A stretch of DNA of 64,000 nucleotides from contig OZ240219.1 of the NCBI GenBank assembly GCA_965197645.1, positions 864,001-928,000 on the forward strand, written 5' to 3'. Origin of the DNA: Dehalococcoidia bacterium. GTDB lineage: Bacteria; Chloroflexota; Dehalococcoidia; Plut-88900. A program made the translations under genes and the position numbers. Of this stretch, positions 47,864 through 57,312 are shown one piece after another; positions within the stretch are counted from its first letter, which is position 1; every line of letters starts with the position of its first letter. The notes under the pieces were generated by a model, which ran no database searches, was not told where the DNA came from, and worked only from the letters and a program-made list of their open reading frames with translations.

Positions 47864-48868
47864 GTGCCCGTAGGCGAGCTGGCGGCGTTGGCCTCCGCCG
47901 TTACTTTCGCTTTTACGTCCGTTCTGGACAAGTTTTTCACCCGGACCTATTCGCCTCTCACCCTGGGGACCCTGTCTGCAACGGGCGGCGCAATATTCGC
48001 CATTGTACTCATGTCCGCTACCGGCAGAGCCGATGACCTGGCCGGCTTCTCCCTCGTGCCCATACTGCTTTGCACTGGTGGAGGGATCATGTCAATCGGG
48101 TTGGGCATGCCTCTCTACCTCCTGTTTCTCCGGTCCGTGGACGTCAGTAAAGCCGCCCCCTTGAGCACCGGACTTTCGGCTGTATTTTCCGTGATTTCCG
48201 GGCTGTTGATACTGGGCGAGGAGGTGTCCAACATCACCCTGGCGGGAATCGTGGTCGTCATTGTGGGCGCCTATCTGCTCAGCCTGTCCCAGAGGAGTAG
48301 CGCCGATACGGCTCAAGCCCGCTGGCTCGGTGTTCGAGGCCTCACCTTTCTTACCGGCATTGTGCTGCTGTGGGTGGTGGGCACCTCACTGCAGCGCGAA
48401 GCCCTGTACGAGATCGATCCCATCAGCGCCAACGCCTTGCGATTGACCTCTGTCTCCGTCGTGCTGGGCGTGATAGTCCTTGTCGGCCGGATAGCGAGCA
48501 AAAGGAGCGCCCCGCAATCTCCTCTCGATGCTCCGCAGGCAGCGTCCGGCACAGCTTCGGATACGGCAAACCCCAGCCCGAACCTTTCGCCGGCTCCCGC
48601 GGCCCCGCGAGAGATGAGTTGGTACCGCCCCTCAAAGCTCTCCTATCTGCTTCCCGCGGCCAACGGCAGCGTATCCCTGGGCTTTGGGAGCCTCCTGATG
48701 CTGGTGGCCCTGGACCGGGCGGGCCTCGCCGTTGCATTCGTTCTCAGCACCACCATGCTTTTCTGGGTTACGATACTGTCTGTAGTGTTCCTCAGGGAGC
48801 GGCTGACCTTGAAGACGGCTCTGGGGGTGGTGGCGATGGTGTCGGGTGTCATCCTCATCGTTCTTTAG
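47864..48868 (+). CDS. DMT/EamA family transporter
   Basis: About 10 TMs in two repeats; ILGEEV and VFLRERLT motifs. Confidence 0.88.
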   Translation: MPVGELAALASAVTFAFTSVLDKFFTRTYSPLTLGTLSATGGAIFAIVLMSATGRADDLAGFSLVPILLCTGGGIMSIGLGMPLYLLFLRSVDVSKAAPLSTGLSAVFSVISGLLILGEEVSNITLAGIVVVIVGAYLLSLSQRSSADTAQARWLGVRGLTFLTGIVLLWVVGTSLQREALYEIDPISANALRLTSVSVVLGVIVLVGRIASKRSAPQSPLDAPQAASGTASDTANPSPNLSPAPAAPREMSWYRPSKLSYLLPAANGSVSLGFGSLLMLVALDRAGLAVAFVLSTTMLFWVTILSVVFLRERLTLKTALGVVAMVSGVILIVL

Positions 48869-48974
48869 CGCCGGGCCGGCCCAAGCCCCGGCCGTTGCCC
48901 TCGACGACTGCGATGTGATACCATTCGCTCCGGTTTCCGGGCGTACCCAGCCTGGCGCCGGGAGGTATATCTCC

Positions 48975-49280
48975 TTGCTTGTTCTGTCCGTAGCCGACGT
49001 TAGAGACTGGATACTTATCATCTTCTTTAGCGCGGGCTCCGTCCTGGTAGTGTTCTGGCTTCTGGCCTCCTACCTGATTTTCCGAAAGTTCGGCGGTGTT
49101 CTCAGCAGAATCAGAGGCAACCTGGATGCCACCAAGACCACCCTGAACAACGTCGCCGCCACCTCCACCCTTGTTACCGAAGCAGTAAGCAAACCGGTAA
49201 TCAAGACCGCTAGCTTCTTCCACGGCGCTAGGGAAGCCCTGGCCTTCCTGACCAAGCTCTCCAAACGAGGGGGTGAGTAA
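48975..49280 (+). CDS. Hypothetical membrane protein (DUF948-like)
   Basis: GGAGG RBS with TTG start; TM helix then coiled coil; coupled to the downstream YtxH-like gene. Confidence 0.6.
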   Translation: MLVLSVADVRDWILIIFFSAGSVLVVFWLLASYLIFRKFGGVLSRIRGNLDATKTTLNNVAATSTLVTEAVSKPVIKTASFFHGAREALAFLTKLSKRGGE

Positions 49281-49578
49281 AGTGTTCACGTTTCTCTTTG
49301 GCTTCCTTATGGGGGGTGTAACCGGAGCGGCTATCGTGCTGGCCATGGCTCCCAACTACCAGTACCAGGAGGATGGGGAGGAGAAGGACGTCCGGGCCAA
49401 GGTCGCCGACCTTACCGAACAGGTGCGGGCCACCGTCAAGCTGGCGGTTGAAGAGGGCAAAGCATCCCTACGAGAAGCCGTCGAGGAGGGCAAGGTGGCC
49501 GCCGCGGAGAAGACGGTGGAACTGAGGGAAATGGTCAAGAAGTACCAGGACCAGCAGGAGGAGGAAGACAAAGCCTAG
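49273..49578 (+). CDS. YtxH-domain protein
   Basis: FLFGFLMGGVTGAAIVLAMAP followed by a charged helical tail. Confidence 0.75.
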   Translation: MSKVFTFLFGFLMGGVTGAAIVLAMAPNYQYQEDGEEKDVRAKVADLTEQVRATVKLAVEEGKASLREAVEEGKVAAAEKTVELREMVKKYQDQQEEEDKA

Positions 49579-49606
49579 TCCGTTCTGGCCCTGTCGAATG
49601 ATCACG

Positions 49607-49633
49607 AAGGCCTCCCCACCGGGAGGCCTTTTT
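49607..49633 (+). terminator. Rho-independent terminator
   Basis: AAGGCCTCCC-CACC-GGGAGGCCTTTTT between convergent genes. Confidence 0.8.
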
Positions 49634-49656
49634 ATTATACAGCCCGGCCGATTCGG

Positions 49657-50487
49657 CTATCCCCCCTTGTACTTTGGGTAGGACCCGAAGATGTGCAGCC
49701 TGGAGGTGACCCTCTCGACTGTCTCCAGGGCGTCCTTCACGGGCGACTGCTTCCTATGTCCGTCCAGGTCCACCAGAAAGATGTACTGGCCCAGGCTCTC
49801 CTTGGAAGGCCGGGACTCGATCTTGGCCAGGTTTATGTTTCGCCGGGCAAACTCTCCCAACACCTCCACCAGCAGCCCAGGCTTGTCGCTGGCGAAGGAG
49901 AAGCATAGGGACGTCCGGTCCAAGCCGGTGGGTTCATGGTCCGCCGAAGATAGCACCACGAACCGGGTCACGTTGGTGGAGGTCTCCTGGATGTCTCTCG
50001 CCAGGACCTCCACTTGGTAGATGTCCGCCGCCCGCCGAGTGGCCACCGCCGCCACGACCCCATCCCCCTTTTTCACTTCTTGCACCCCGGCTGCGGTGCT
50101 GAGAGCGCCCTCCATCCGGGCCTTGGGGAAGCATCTCTCCAGGAACCCGCGACACTGGGCCAACGCCTGGGGATGGGAGTAGATCACCTTTATCTTTTCG
50201 GCGGTAGTGCCCGGCTTGACCAGAAGGTAGTGACGGATGGGAAGGACTATCTCTTGCCGGATGGCGAGGTTGGACTCCCGAATCAGCAGGTCCAGGGTGT
50301 CGGTAACCGATCCCTCGATGCTGTTCTCGATGGCCACCACGCCTTCGTCCACCATCCCGCTGACCACCGCGGTGGCCACTGCCGGGATGGAGGGGAAGGG
50401 GATCAGTTGAGCGGAGTCATCGTAGAGGAGGGCCGCCTCCTCGGTGAAGGTGCCCGCGGGGCCCAGGTACCCTATCTTCCTAGCCAT
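49657..50487 (-). CDS. pheA: Prephenate dehydratase
   Basis: YLGPAGTFTE, ENSIEGSV, SHPQALAQC, TRF and IESRP (ACT domain). Confidence 0.96.
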   Translation of the reverse strand: MARKIGYLGPAGTFTEEAALLYDDSAQLIPFPSIPAVATAVVSGMVDEGVVAIENSIEGSVTDTLDLLIRESNLAIRQEIVLPIRHYLLVKPGTTAEKIKVIYSHPQALAQCRGFLERCFPKARMEGALSTAAGVQEVKKGDGVVAAVATRRAADIYQVEVLARDIQETSTNVTRFVVLSSADHEPTGLDRTSLCFSFASDKPGLLVEVLGEFARRNINLAKIESRPSKESLGQYIFLVDLDGHRKQSPVKDALETVERVTSRLHIFGSYPKYKGG

Positions 50488-51154
50488 CGGTGTGATTGTC
50501 GGTAAAGGCGGATCGCAGCGTCTTTTCGGTTTCAGGGCGGGTGACCGCCACCACCTCGTCTTCGGCCTGCAGGGTGAGGTCGGAGGTTGGGACCTGGGGA
50601 TTGCCGTCCTTGCGAATCACCAGGGAGATCACACTGTCCGGCGGTAGCTTGATGTCCCCCAACCTGGTTCCCGCCGCCTTCGAATCGCTGGACACCTTTA
50701 CCTCCACAATCTCCAGTCCCGGACCCTTCAGGCTGAGAAGGTGAATCAATGGGTGGGCTGGCAACTCGTGCTCTATGTGGGCCAGGATCAGGTTTATCGC
50801 GCTGATGGTGACGTCTATGCCCAGCTTCTGGAACAGCGCCTCGTTGCGAGGATCGTTCACCAGGCACACGGTCCTGGGCACGCTGAACCTGTGTTTGGAC
50901 AGCTGGCATGCCACGAGGTTGTCCTCGTCGTCTCCGGTGACAGCTATAGTCATGTCTGCTCTGCCCACCCCCACCTCTTCCTGGATGGAGGCCTCGCATC
51001 CGTCGCCCCTGAACACTATGTTGCCCAACTCGTCGGTCAGGCGTTCACATTTGACGGGGTCTTGCTCGACGATCAGCACCTCGTGGCCGTCTTCCAAGAG
51101 GGTCTTGCACAGCTGAAGGCCCACCTTGCCCCCTCCTACTACAACGATGTACAC
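50480..51154 (-). CDS. trkA: TrkA family potassium uptake protein (RCK-N plus RCK-C)
   Basis: VVGGGKVG, TGDDEDNL and a C-terminal TrkA-C domain. Confidence 0.9.
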   Translation of the reverse strand: MYIVVVGGGKVGLQLCKTLLEDGHEVLIVEQDPVKCERLTDELGNIVFRGDGCEASIQEEVGVGRADMTIAVTGDDEDNLVACQLSKHRFSVPRTVCLVNDPRNEALFQKLGIDVTISAINLILAHIEHELPAHPLIHLLSLKGPGLEIVEVKVSSDSKAAGTRLGDIKLPPDSVISLVIRKDGNPQVPTSDLTLQAEDEVVAVTRPETEKTLRSAFTDNHTDG

Positions 51155-51165
51155 CTTATGGTCCC

Positions 51166-51564
51166 CTACTTTTCCAAAGCGTTCTTTAGAAGCTCGACGG
51201 TTACCGTTGTTGGGCTGATGGTCTCCAGGCCCAGGTCCCGGTACATCTCCCTGCGGATAGGGTCGTAAATCCGGCAGACAACCCTGGGAGTTCGGAACAT
51301 GTGCTTCACCTTTTGGGCGGCCAGGACATTTCGATTGTCACCTTGAGTAGTGGCGATGAACGCGTCCGCCGAGTCTACCTGCGCCTTTCGGAGCGCATCT
51401 TCATCTGTGCCGTCCCCCACGAAGGTCTGGCCCATGAACGATGATGGCAGCCATCTGAATCCGGAAGGGTCTATGTCCAGGACGATCACCTCGTGCCCCT
51501 CCACATCCAACAGGCTGGCCAGCCGCCCGCCTACCCTTCCGCAACCCATGATTACCACTTTCAT
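51166..51564 (-). CDS. TrkA-N (RCK) domain protein
   Basis: IMGCGRVG, GDGTD and GDNRN motifs. Confidence 0.9.
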   Translation of the reverse strand: MKVVIMGCGRVGGRLASLLDVEGHEVIVLDIDPSGFRWLPSSFMGQTFVGDGTDEDALRKAQVDSADAFIATTQGDNRNVLAAQKVKHMFRTPRVVCRIYDPIRREMYRDLGLETISPTTVTVELLKNALEK

Positions 51565-51579
51565 AGCTTCAATACGGAG

Positions 51580-52014
51580 CTATCGGGCCCCGTTCATCGG
51601 GCCCCGATAGAGCCAGACGTGACAGGGAGCGTTTTCCAGCACGTAGGGAGCGGCATTGCCCAGGCTGAACTCGCCGTACTGCCTTACGTAGGCGGTGTTC
51701 ATCACTATCAGGTCTATCCTCCGGACTCGGGCCTCCTCCACCACCGCAGTGCCCGACGCCCTCGCCTGCAGCACCTCGGTCTCCACCTTGCAGCCCTCCT
51801 GCTTTGCGATGCTCTCCATGTAGTCTAGTACCGCCTCCGCCTTGCGCACCTCCAGGTCCATTTCCGCCTCGATGGGCAGCTTCCACGGGACCTCCACCAC
51901 GTAGAGGACGTAGATCTGGCCGCCGCTCTTGTTCGAGTAGTCGCAGGCCAGTCTGATGGCCTCCTCGTCCGCCGAGTCACCATCCACAGGCACCAGTATT
52001 CGTCTGAAGTCCAT
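51580..52014 (-). CDS. Universal stress protein
   Basis: RILVPVDG, DLIVM and LG..A.YVLENAPC motifs. Confidence 0.9.
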   Translation of the reverse strand: MDFRRILVPVDGDSADEEAIRLACDYSNKSGGQIYVLYVVEVPWKLPIEAEMDLEVRKAEAVLDYMESIAKQEGCKVETEVLQARASGTAVVEEARVRRIDLIVMNTAYVRQYGEFSLGNAAPYVLENAPCHVWLYRGPMNGAR

Positions 52015-52158
52015 TCTAACTTCCCGCTTTAGGTTGTCTGACTATTTTAAGACGGATGTCACCCCTGGATGGGCCTATACGACCGCATTTTCGGACCGTT
52101 TTGTTCTGCGTGAAACAGCGGCTCAGGTCTTCCGGGGCCAGCCTTGGATGGGTCTCTG

Positions 52159-52767
52159 TCAGTTGGGCGCCCTACCTTTCGATTTGACCTGCTCTATCTG
52201 CAGATCTATGAGATTGTTGGTGGAGTCCTTGAGAATCTCCAACTCAGGTAAAGTCAGTGCAGACAGATCGTCCAGATTTCTCTTGATGGTGGACACAATC
52301 TCTCGTTCGGTCCGCTCTCTCCTCCTTATGAAGAATACAGTAATGCTAGCGATAATGGCCCCGAAGAAAAGCATGGTGCCTATTACCGTCCAGGCGCCGC
52401 CGATCACGTTGCCCCAGAACGTCTCGGGACGCCAAGAATTGCCCTGGGTCTGGACCGAGGACATCGCCCACCAGACGGTGTCGAAGTAGTCGTTGACGTG
52501 CTCATTGACGTTGCGCTCGACGAAGAAGAGGCCCAGGGCCACTATGCCTGTTAGGACCACCATTATAGCCAGCATTATCAGCAATGGGGTCTCGGTCAGT
52601 ATCACCTTGGTGAGCTGGACCAGCCAGGGTATACCGGGCCTGAATCGCAGATGCCGGCTGGTGCGCACCCTGCGGCGCAGGACCTCTTCGCCCGGGCGCC
52701 CGACGGCTATCCGCTCGAATATGCCTCGTCGCCCGGGGAGCGATCTATCGAACCTATCTCTTCGCAT
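52159..52767 (-). CDS. Two-TM ion-channel family protein with an atypical pore loop
   Basis: TM-YFDTVWWAMSSVQTQGNSWRPET.G-TM topology of KcsA-like channels. Confidence 0.72.
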   Translation of the reverse strand: MRRDRFDRSLPGRRGIFERIAVGRPGEEVLRRRVRTSRHLRFRPGIPWLVQLTKVILTETPLLIMLAIMVVLTGIVALGLFFVERNVNEHVNDYFDTVWWAMSSVQTQGNSWRPETFWGNVIGGAWTVIGTMLFFGAIIASITVFFIRRRERTEREIVSTIKRNLDDLSALTLPELEILKDSTNNLIDLQIEQVKSKGRAPN

Positions 52768-52917
52768 ATCTTCCCGCCTTTTCGTAGCGAAAGCGAGTCG
52801 AGCAATTATAGGCCCACAGGTTTTTGGGGCGCAAGCATATTAGAACATTAGTATGATGCTTGCCCCGGCCAATCCGGGCTGGTCCAGAAATCCCGAGGGA
52901 GTACAATTCAAATTCCA

Positions 52918-53223
52918 ATGAAAGACTCCGACCGAAATCAAATTAACGGCAACGCCAGACTATCGGCTACCGTCCATGGAAGGGTGCAGGGGGTCTACTT
53001 TCGAGGCTTCGTCCAGGAACACGCCCGAAGATGGTCCATAGTTGGATACGCCAGGAACCTCCCTAACGGTGTCTCGGTCGAGGTACAGGCTGAAGGCGAC
53101 CGAGCCGCCCTGGAGGACCTTCTCAGGCTGCTACGCGAAGGCCCACCCGAGTCAATCGTGCGGGACGTGGAGTTCACGTGGGGATCGCCCGCCGGCCAGT
53201 TCGAGGACTTCGAGACGCTGTAG
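52918..53223 (+). CDS. acyP: Acylphosphatase
   Basis: VHGRVQGVYFR, GYARNLPNG and GPP motifs. Confidence 0.93.
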   Translation: MKDSDRNQINGNARLSATVHGRVQGVYFRGFVQEHARRWSIVGYARNLPNGVSVEVQAEGDRAALEDLLRLLREGPPESIVRDVEFTWGSPAGQFEDFETL

Positions 53224-53227
53224 TCCC

Positions 53228-53704
53228 TTAGGAGACCTGCTCCCCTTCGGCTGCCAGCCTGCGGAATCCGTACTGCTGGTCGTTGTCCAGCATCCGGCTC
53301 AGGATGTGAGGCTCCACGTCCTTGTACGGACCTGTCTGTCTCCACCATTCCATCAGCTGGTCCCTGATCTCATCGGAGGTCATCGATTTGTTTCCCTCCT
53401 TGAGATAGACCCTGAATACGGCCTCCATCAATGGCAGGTCCGGCGGGATGAAGTCCAGGTCCTCCGGCTGGTATTTCTGAAGGGCCTTCAGTATCGCCCC
53501 TTCCTTTTTCTTGGCCAGCCGTTTCTCCAACTCGGCGCCACCCAGCAGGCGTATGCGACTCCTGAGCAGGGTGGGAAGCGATCTTCTGCGCCGCTCGTAC
53601 CACTCGGTATCTATGATGTATTTTGGGGGTTGTTCCTCTTCTGTTTCCTTTAGCTCTTCGGTCAAGTAGTTCCACCTTCTTGGACAGCTTGGATCAGCGG
53701 CCAC
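53228..53704 (-). CDS. Hypothetical protein (true start probably the TTG near 53665)
   Basis: Good coding pattern; YIIDTEWY...PLMEAVFRVYL...YGFR. Confidence 0.6.
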   Translation of the reverse strand: MAADPSCPRRWNYLTEELKETEEEQPPKYIIDTEWYERRRRSLPTLLRSRIRLLGGAELEKRLAKKKEGAILKALQKYQPEDLDFIPPDLPLMEAVFRVYLKEGNKSMTSDEIRDQLMEWWRQTGPYKDVEPHILSRMLDNDQQYGFRRLAAEGEQVS

Positions 53705-53767
53705 AGCCCCTGGTCGAAGCTGAGATATGGGATTCCTCCGCGGGAGAGTTGGCTCTTCGGCGGCGTC

Positions 53768-55048
53768 TTACTCTCGGTCCTCAGGCCAGTCCAGCATCTG
53801 CACCGTCACCTCGTCCCCCGGCCCCACCTCCGCCACGTCTTCCGGCACTATGGCGAGTCCATTGGCCAGGGACATGGAGGTCAGAATGCCCGAACCCTGT
53901 GGCCCGGTAGTCTTGGCGTAGTACCGGCCGTTTCTCCGGGTCACTACAGCCCGAGCGAACACCCTGCGAGCATCAGTGTTGACCACCGTGTCCTCCATGA
54001 TGGCTTGGACGGTGGGTTTGATCAGGTTCTTGTGCCCCTGCATCTTGCGCATAGCGGGCCGGCCAAACTGCTCGAAGGCGATCATCGAGCTGACCGGGTT
54101 GCCAGGCAGACCCAGGTGGGGCACCCGCCGCTTCCCATCCTCCGATTTCAGTACACCGAAAGCCAGCGGCCTCGCTGGTTTCATCTTCACCATCCAGAAC
54201 GATATCTCCCCCTGCTCGGCCAGCACGTCCTTGACTATGTCGTAGTCTCCTTTGGACACCCCGGCCGACGTGATCATCATGTCCGCGTCCATGCCCTCGG
54301 CGATCTTGGCCTTCAGCGACCCCAGGTTGTCCCGAGCGATCCCCAGCACCTTGGCCACGCCGCCATATTTCAGGATGAGGGACGCCACGCTGAAGTTGTT
54401 GCTATTGTATATCTTGCCCGGTTCCAGGGGGTCACCTACCTCCAAGAGTTCATCGCCGGTGGCCAGCACCGATATGACCGGCTTCCGAAAGACCTTCGCC
54501 TTCGCCTTGCCCAGGGAGGCCAGGACACCCACCTCTGCGGGTCTGATTGAGGTCCCGGCCTTGAGAATCAGGTCGCCCTCCGTTACGTCCTCGGCGGCTC
54601 TGCGGATGTTCACTCCCTTGTCTACCACCTTCAGGACTTTGATCTGCTCGACGCCACCGCGCCCTCCGGCCTTCTTCTGCTCCTCCTCGTCGGTATCCTC
54701 GAAGGGCACGATGGTATCGGTGCCCTTTGGCAGCGGGGCGCCCGTCATGATGCGGGTTGCCGTGCCCCGGGTTATCTCCTTGTGGGCTATGCGGCCGGCC
54801 GGCAACTCTTCGATTACCCTCAGCGTTACCGGCGAATCGGGACCTACGTCATGGATGTCCTTCCACCTCACTGCATACCCATCCATGGCCGTGTTGTCCA
54901 GGGGAGGTATATTGAAGCCCGCCGTCACGTCCTCTGCCAGCACCCGGCCCAGGCAGTCCAGTATCGGCGCCTCCTCCTGCTCCAGGGGGTACACGTAGCC
55001 GAGAATCTTCTCCAAGGCCTCTTCAACTGTGAGCCAACCCAGCACCAT
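53768..55048 (-). CDS. moeA: Molybdopterin molybdotransferase
   Basis: AMDGYA, RIMTGAPLP, TGDEL, GVSKGDYD, LPGNPVS and QGSGIL motifs. Confidence 0.95.
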   Translation of the reverse strand: MVLGWLTVEEALEKILGYVYPLEQEEAPILDCLGRVLAEDVTAGFNIPPLDNTAMDGYAVRWKDIHDVGPDSPVTLRVIEELPAGRIAHKEITRGTATRIMTGAPLPKGTDTIVPFEDTDEEEQKKAGGRGGVEQIKVLKVVDKGVNIRRAAEDVTEGDLILKAGTSIRPAEVGVLASLGKAKAKVFRKPVISVLATGDELLEVGDPLEPGKIYNSNNFSVASLILKYGGVAKVLGIARDNLGSLKAKIAEGMDADMMITSAGVSKGDYDIVKDVLAEQGEISFWMVKMKPARPLAFGVLKSEDGKRRVPHLGLPGNPVSSMIAFEQFGRPAMRKMQGHKNLIKPTVQAIMEDTVVNTDARRVFARAVVTRRNGRYYAKTTGPQGSGILTSMSLANGLAIVPEDVAEVGPGDEVTVQMLDWPEDRE

Positions 55049-55311
55049 TCTTCAGACTCCTGCCAAGCTGCAGACCCGTCTCTTTGGCTCGTCAGGCCCT
55101 CATCGGGGTTTACCGCTGTGAGACCCTTCGAACGCGACGAACGACAAGGACTTGATCAAACGGGGTTGATGCATCCAATTTTACCATCGAGTCTTGCCGT
55201 GTCAAACAGGGGCGAGTCTTGCCATGTCAAACGACGGTTGCCGTGACGGGCCTCTCAGGCGATAATAAACGTGAAATCGCTGGATAGTTACCCGGAACCG
55301 GGAGGACAGCT

Positions 55312-56697
55312 ATGAGCGCGACCGAGACCCTCTCCCGCTTTATCGTAGACGCCAACCTCGGCAGCATGCCCGGCGAAGCCCTGAACCAGGCCAGGAGGGC
55401 CTTCCTAGACACCCTGGGGGTGGCGGTGGCCGGCAGCACGGAGGATGGACCTCGGATACTGCTCGAGTTCGCCGCCGAACGAGGCGGCAGTCCCACGGCC
55501 ACCATCCTCGGCACCGGGCTACGGTCCGATTGCCTGACCGCCGCCCTCGTCAACGGCACCATGGCCCACGCCCTCGACTACGACGACGTAAATGACGCCA
55601 TGATCGGGCACCCCAGCGCTCCGCTGGTCTCCGCAATCATGGCCCTGGGAGAAGAGATAGGGTCCTCCGGTGCGGACGCGCTTGAAGCCTTTATCATCGG
55701 TTTCGAGGTCGAGTGCAAGCTGGGCCTGGCGGTCGGCCGAAGTCACTACGTCAAGGGCTGGCATGCTACCTGTACCCTGGGCACCATAGGAGCGGCCGCC
55801 GCAGCCTCTAAGCTCCTCAAACTGGACGAGCAGCGTACCAGGATGGCGTTGGGCATCGCCGCATCCTCGTCGGGCGGCCTGCGACGGAACTTCGGTACCA
55901 TGACCAAGCCCCTGCACGTAGGACAGGCTGCCAAGAATGGCATACAGGCCGCTCTCCTCGCCGAAAAGGGTTTCACCGCCAGCCAGGAGATCATGGACGA
56001 ACCCCTCGACTTCTGCCGGATATTCTCCATCGATGATTGGGACGTTTCCAGGATGGAAGGCGCTCTGGGCTCGCCGTGGGAGATACTTACGTCGGGCATC
56101 ACCGTCAAGAAGTACCCTTGCTGCAACAACAACCACCGCACCCTCGATGCCACCCTGGGCCTGATAGCCGAGTACCGGCCCGATCCGGAAGAGATAGCCG
56201 GCGTCTCAGTGACCATGCCCCGGGGCGAGGACTTGGCCCTGATTTACAGTCGGGCCACCACCGGACTGGAAGGCAAATTCTGCATGGAGTTCTGCGTGGC
56301 GTCCGCCCTCCTCGATGGCGTAGTGAACACGGCCACTTTCGAGGCCGAGCAGGTAGCCAGGGCCCGGGTGCAGGCGCTCTCGGAGTTGGTCCAGCTGGTG
56401 GAAGACCCGGACCAGGCGCCCGTGCTGCCCGAGAGTCCCGGTCACGTCGAAGTCAAGGTCACAATGGCCAGCGGCGACCGGCACGCCAACGCGACATCGG
56501 TTGCTCGAGGCACTCCCGAGAACCCTCTGTCCTGGGAGGACCTGGAGGAGAAATACGCCTCCTGTTGCAGCGGTATCCTCGGTGCGGAGGAGATACGACG
56601 TTCAGTGGACCAGATCAACCGGCTGGACGAGCTTATGGACGTGAGAGGGCTGATGTCCGCCCTGTCACTTAGCGTGCCCGCCGGGCGGGTCTCCTAA
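55312..56697 (+). CDS. MmgE/PrpD family protein
   Basis: NGTMAHALDYDD, GHPS, GWH, TKPLH and KKYPCC motifs. Confidence 0.92.
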   Translation: MSATETLSRFIVDANLGSMPGEALNQARRAFLDTLGVAVAGSTEDGPRILLEFAAERGGSPTATILGTGLRSDCLTAALVNGTMAHALDYDDVNDAMIGHPSAPLVSAIMALGEEIGSSGADALEAFIIGFEVECKLGLAVGRSHYVKGWHATCTLGTIGAAAAASKLLKLDEQRTRMALGIAASSSGGLRRNFGTMTKPLHVGQAAKNGIQAALLAEKGFTASQEIMDEPLDFCRIFSIDDWDVSRMEGALGSPWEILTSGITVKKYPCCNNNHRTLDATLGLIAEYRPDPEEIAGVSVTMPRGEDLALIYSRATTGLEGKFCMEFCVASALLDGVVNTATFEAEQVARARVQALSELVQLVEDPDQAPVLPESPGHVEVKVTMASGDRHANATSVARGTPENPLSWEDLEEKYASCCSGILGAEEIRRSVDQINRLDELMDVRGLMSALSLSVPAGRVS

Positions 56698-56712
56698 TCC
56701 TGAGGTAGCGAT

Positions 56713-57171
56713 ATGTTAGCCCGAGAAATAATGACGTCGCCGGTGATCACCATCGGTATCGACAGGACCATCGGGGATGCAGCCGAGCTGATGCTGCGCA
56801 GGGAGCTGAGTTGCCTGCCCGTAATCAATGAGGCCGGTTCTCTGGTGGGGATGCTCACCCACGCCGATTTCGTGCTGCACCCCAAGTTCATGCCTATGGG
56901 GGGCGAGGTCCACACCCTCTTCGGCATGCTGACCACGCCCGGAACCTCCGAGGAGCTGGCCCGATACCTTCAAACCAAGCCCTTGAAGGACGTGATGCAC
57001 TCTCCCGTCATCACCATAAAGGAGGACTTCTCCTTCGCCGATGCCGTGACCGTGATGCTCCGGGAAAAGGTGAGCAGGATACCGGTCATGAGCAAAGATG
57101 AGCTGGTTGGCATCATCACCCGGCACGATTTGCTGAAGCTCTTTGTGATGGACTGGAAAAGGCCAACCTAG
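56713..57171 (+). CDS. CBS-domain protein
   Basis: Two CBS repeats (LPV...LVGMLT; IPV...LVGIITRHDL). Confidence 0.9.
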   Translation: MLAREIMTSPVITIGIDRTIGDAAELMLRRELSCLPVINEAGSLVGMLTHADFVLHPKFMPMGGEVHTLFGMLTTPGTSEELARYLQTKPLKDVMHSPVITIKEDFSFADAVTVMLREKVSRIPVMSKDELVGIITRHDLLKLFVMDWKRPT

Positions 57172-57312
57172 CCGGGTCGCGGTCACAAGCCGTCCCGACG
57201 TAAAACCTCGTCAGCCCCCGCCGAGTCCCCACACACCGACCGGTTGGACCGTCCCCACTAACATGGACGACGGGCGCCGTCATGAAAGCCTGTATCTCGA
57301 TGCGCCCGGCCT

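Noticed and set aside
52838-52856. Possible SOS box TAGAACATTAGTATGA
   Set aside because: The right half-site is poor, and the flanking genes have no evident SOS link.
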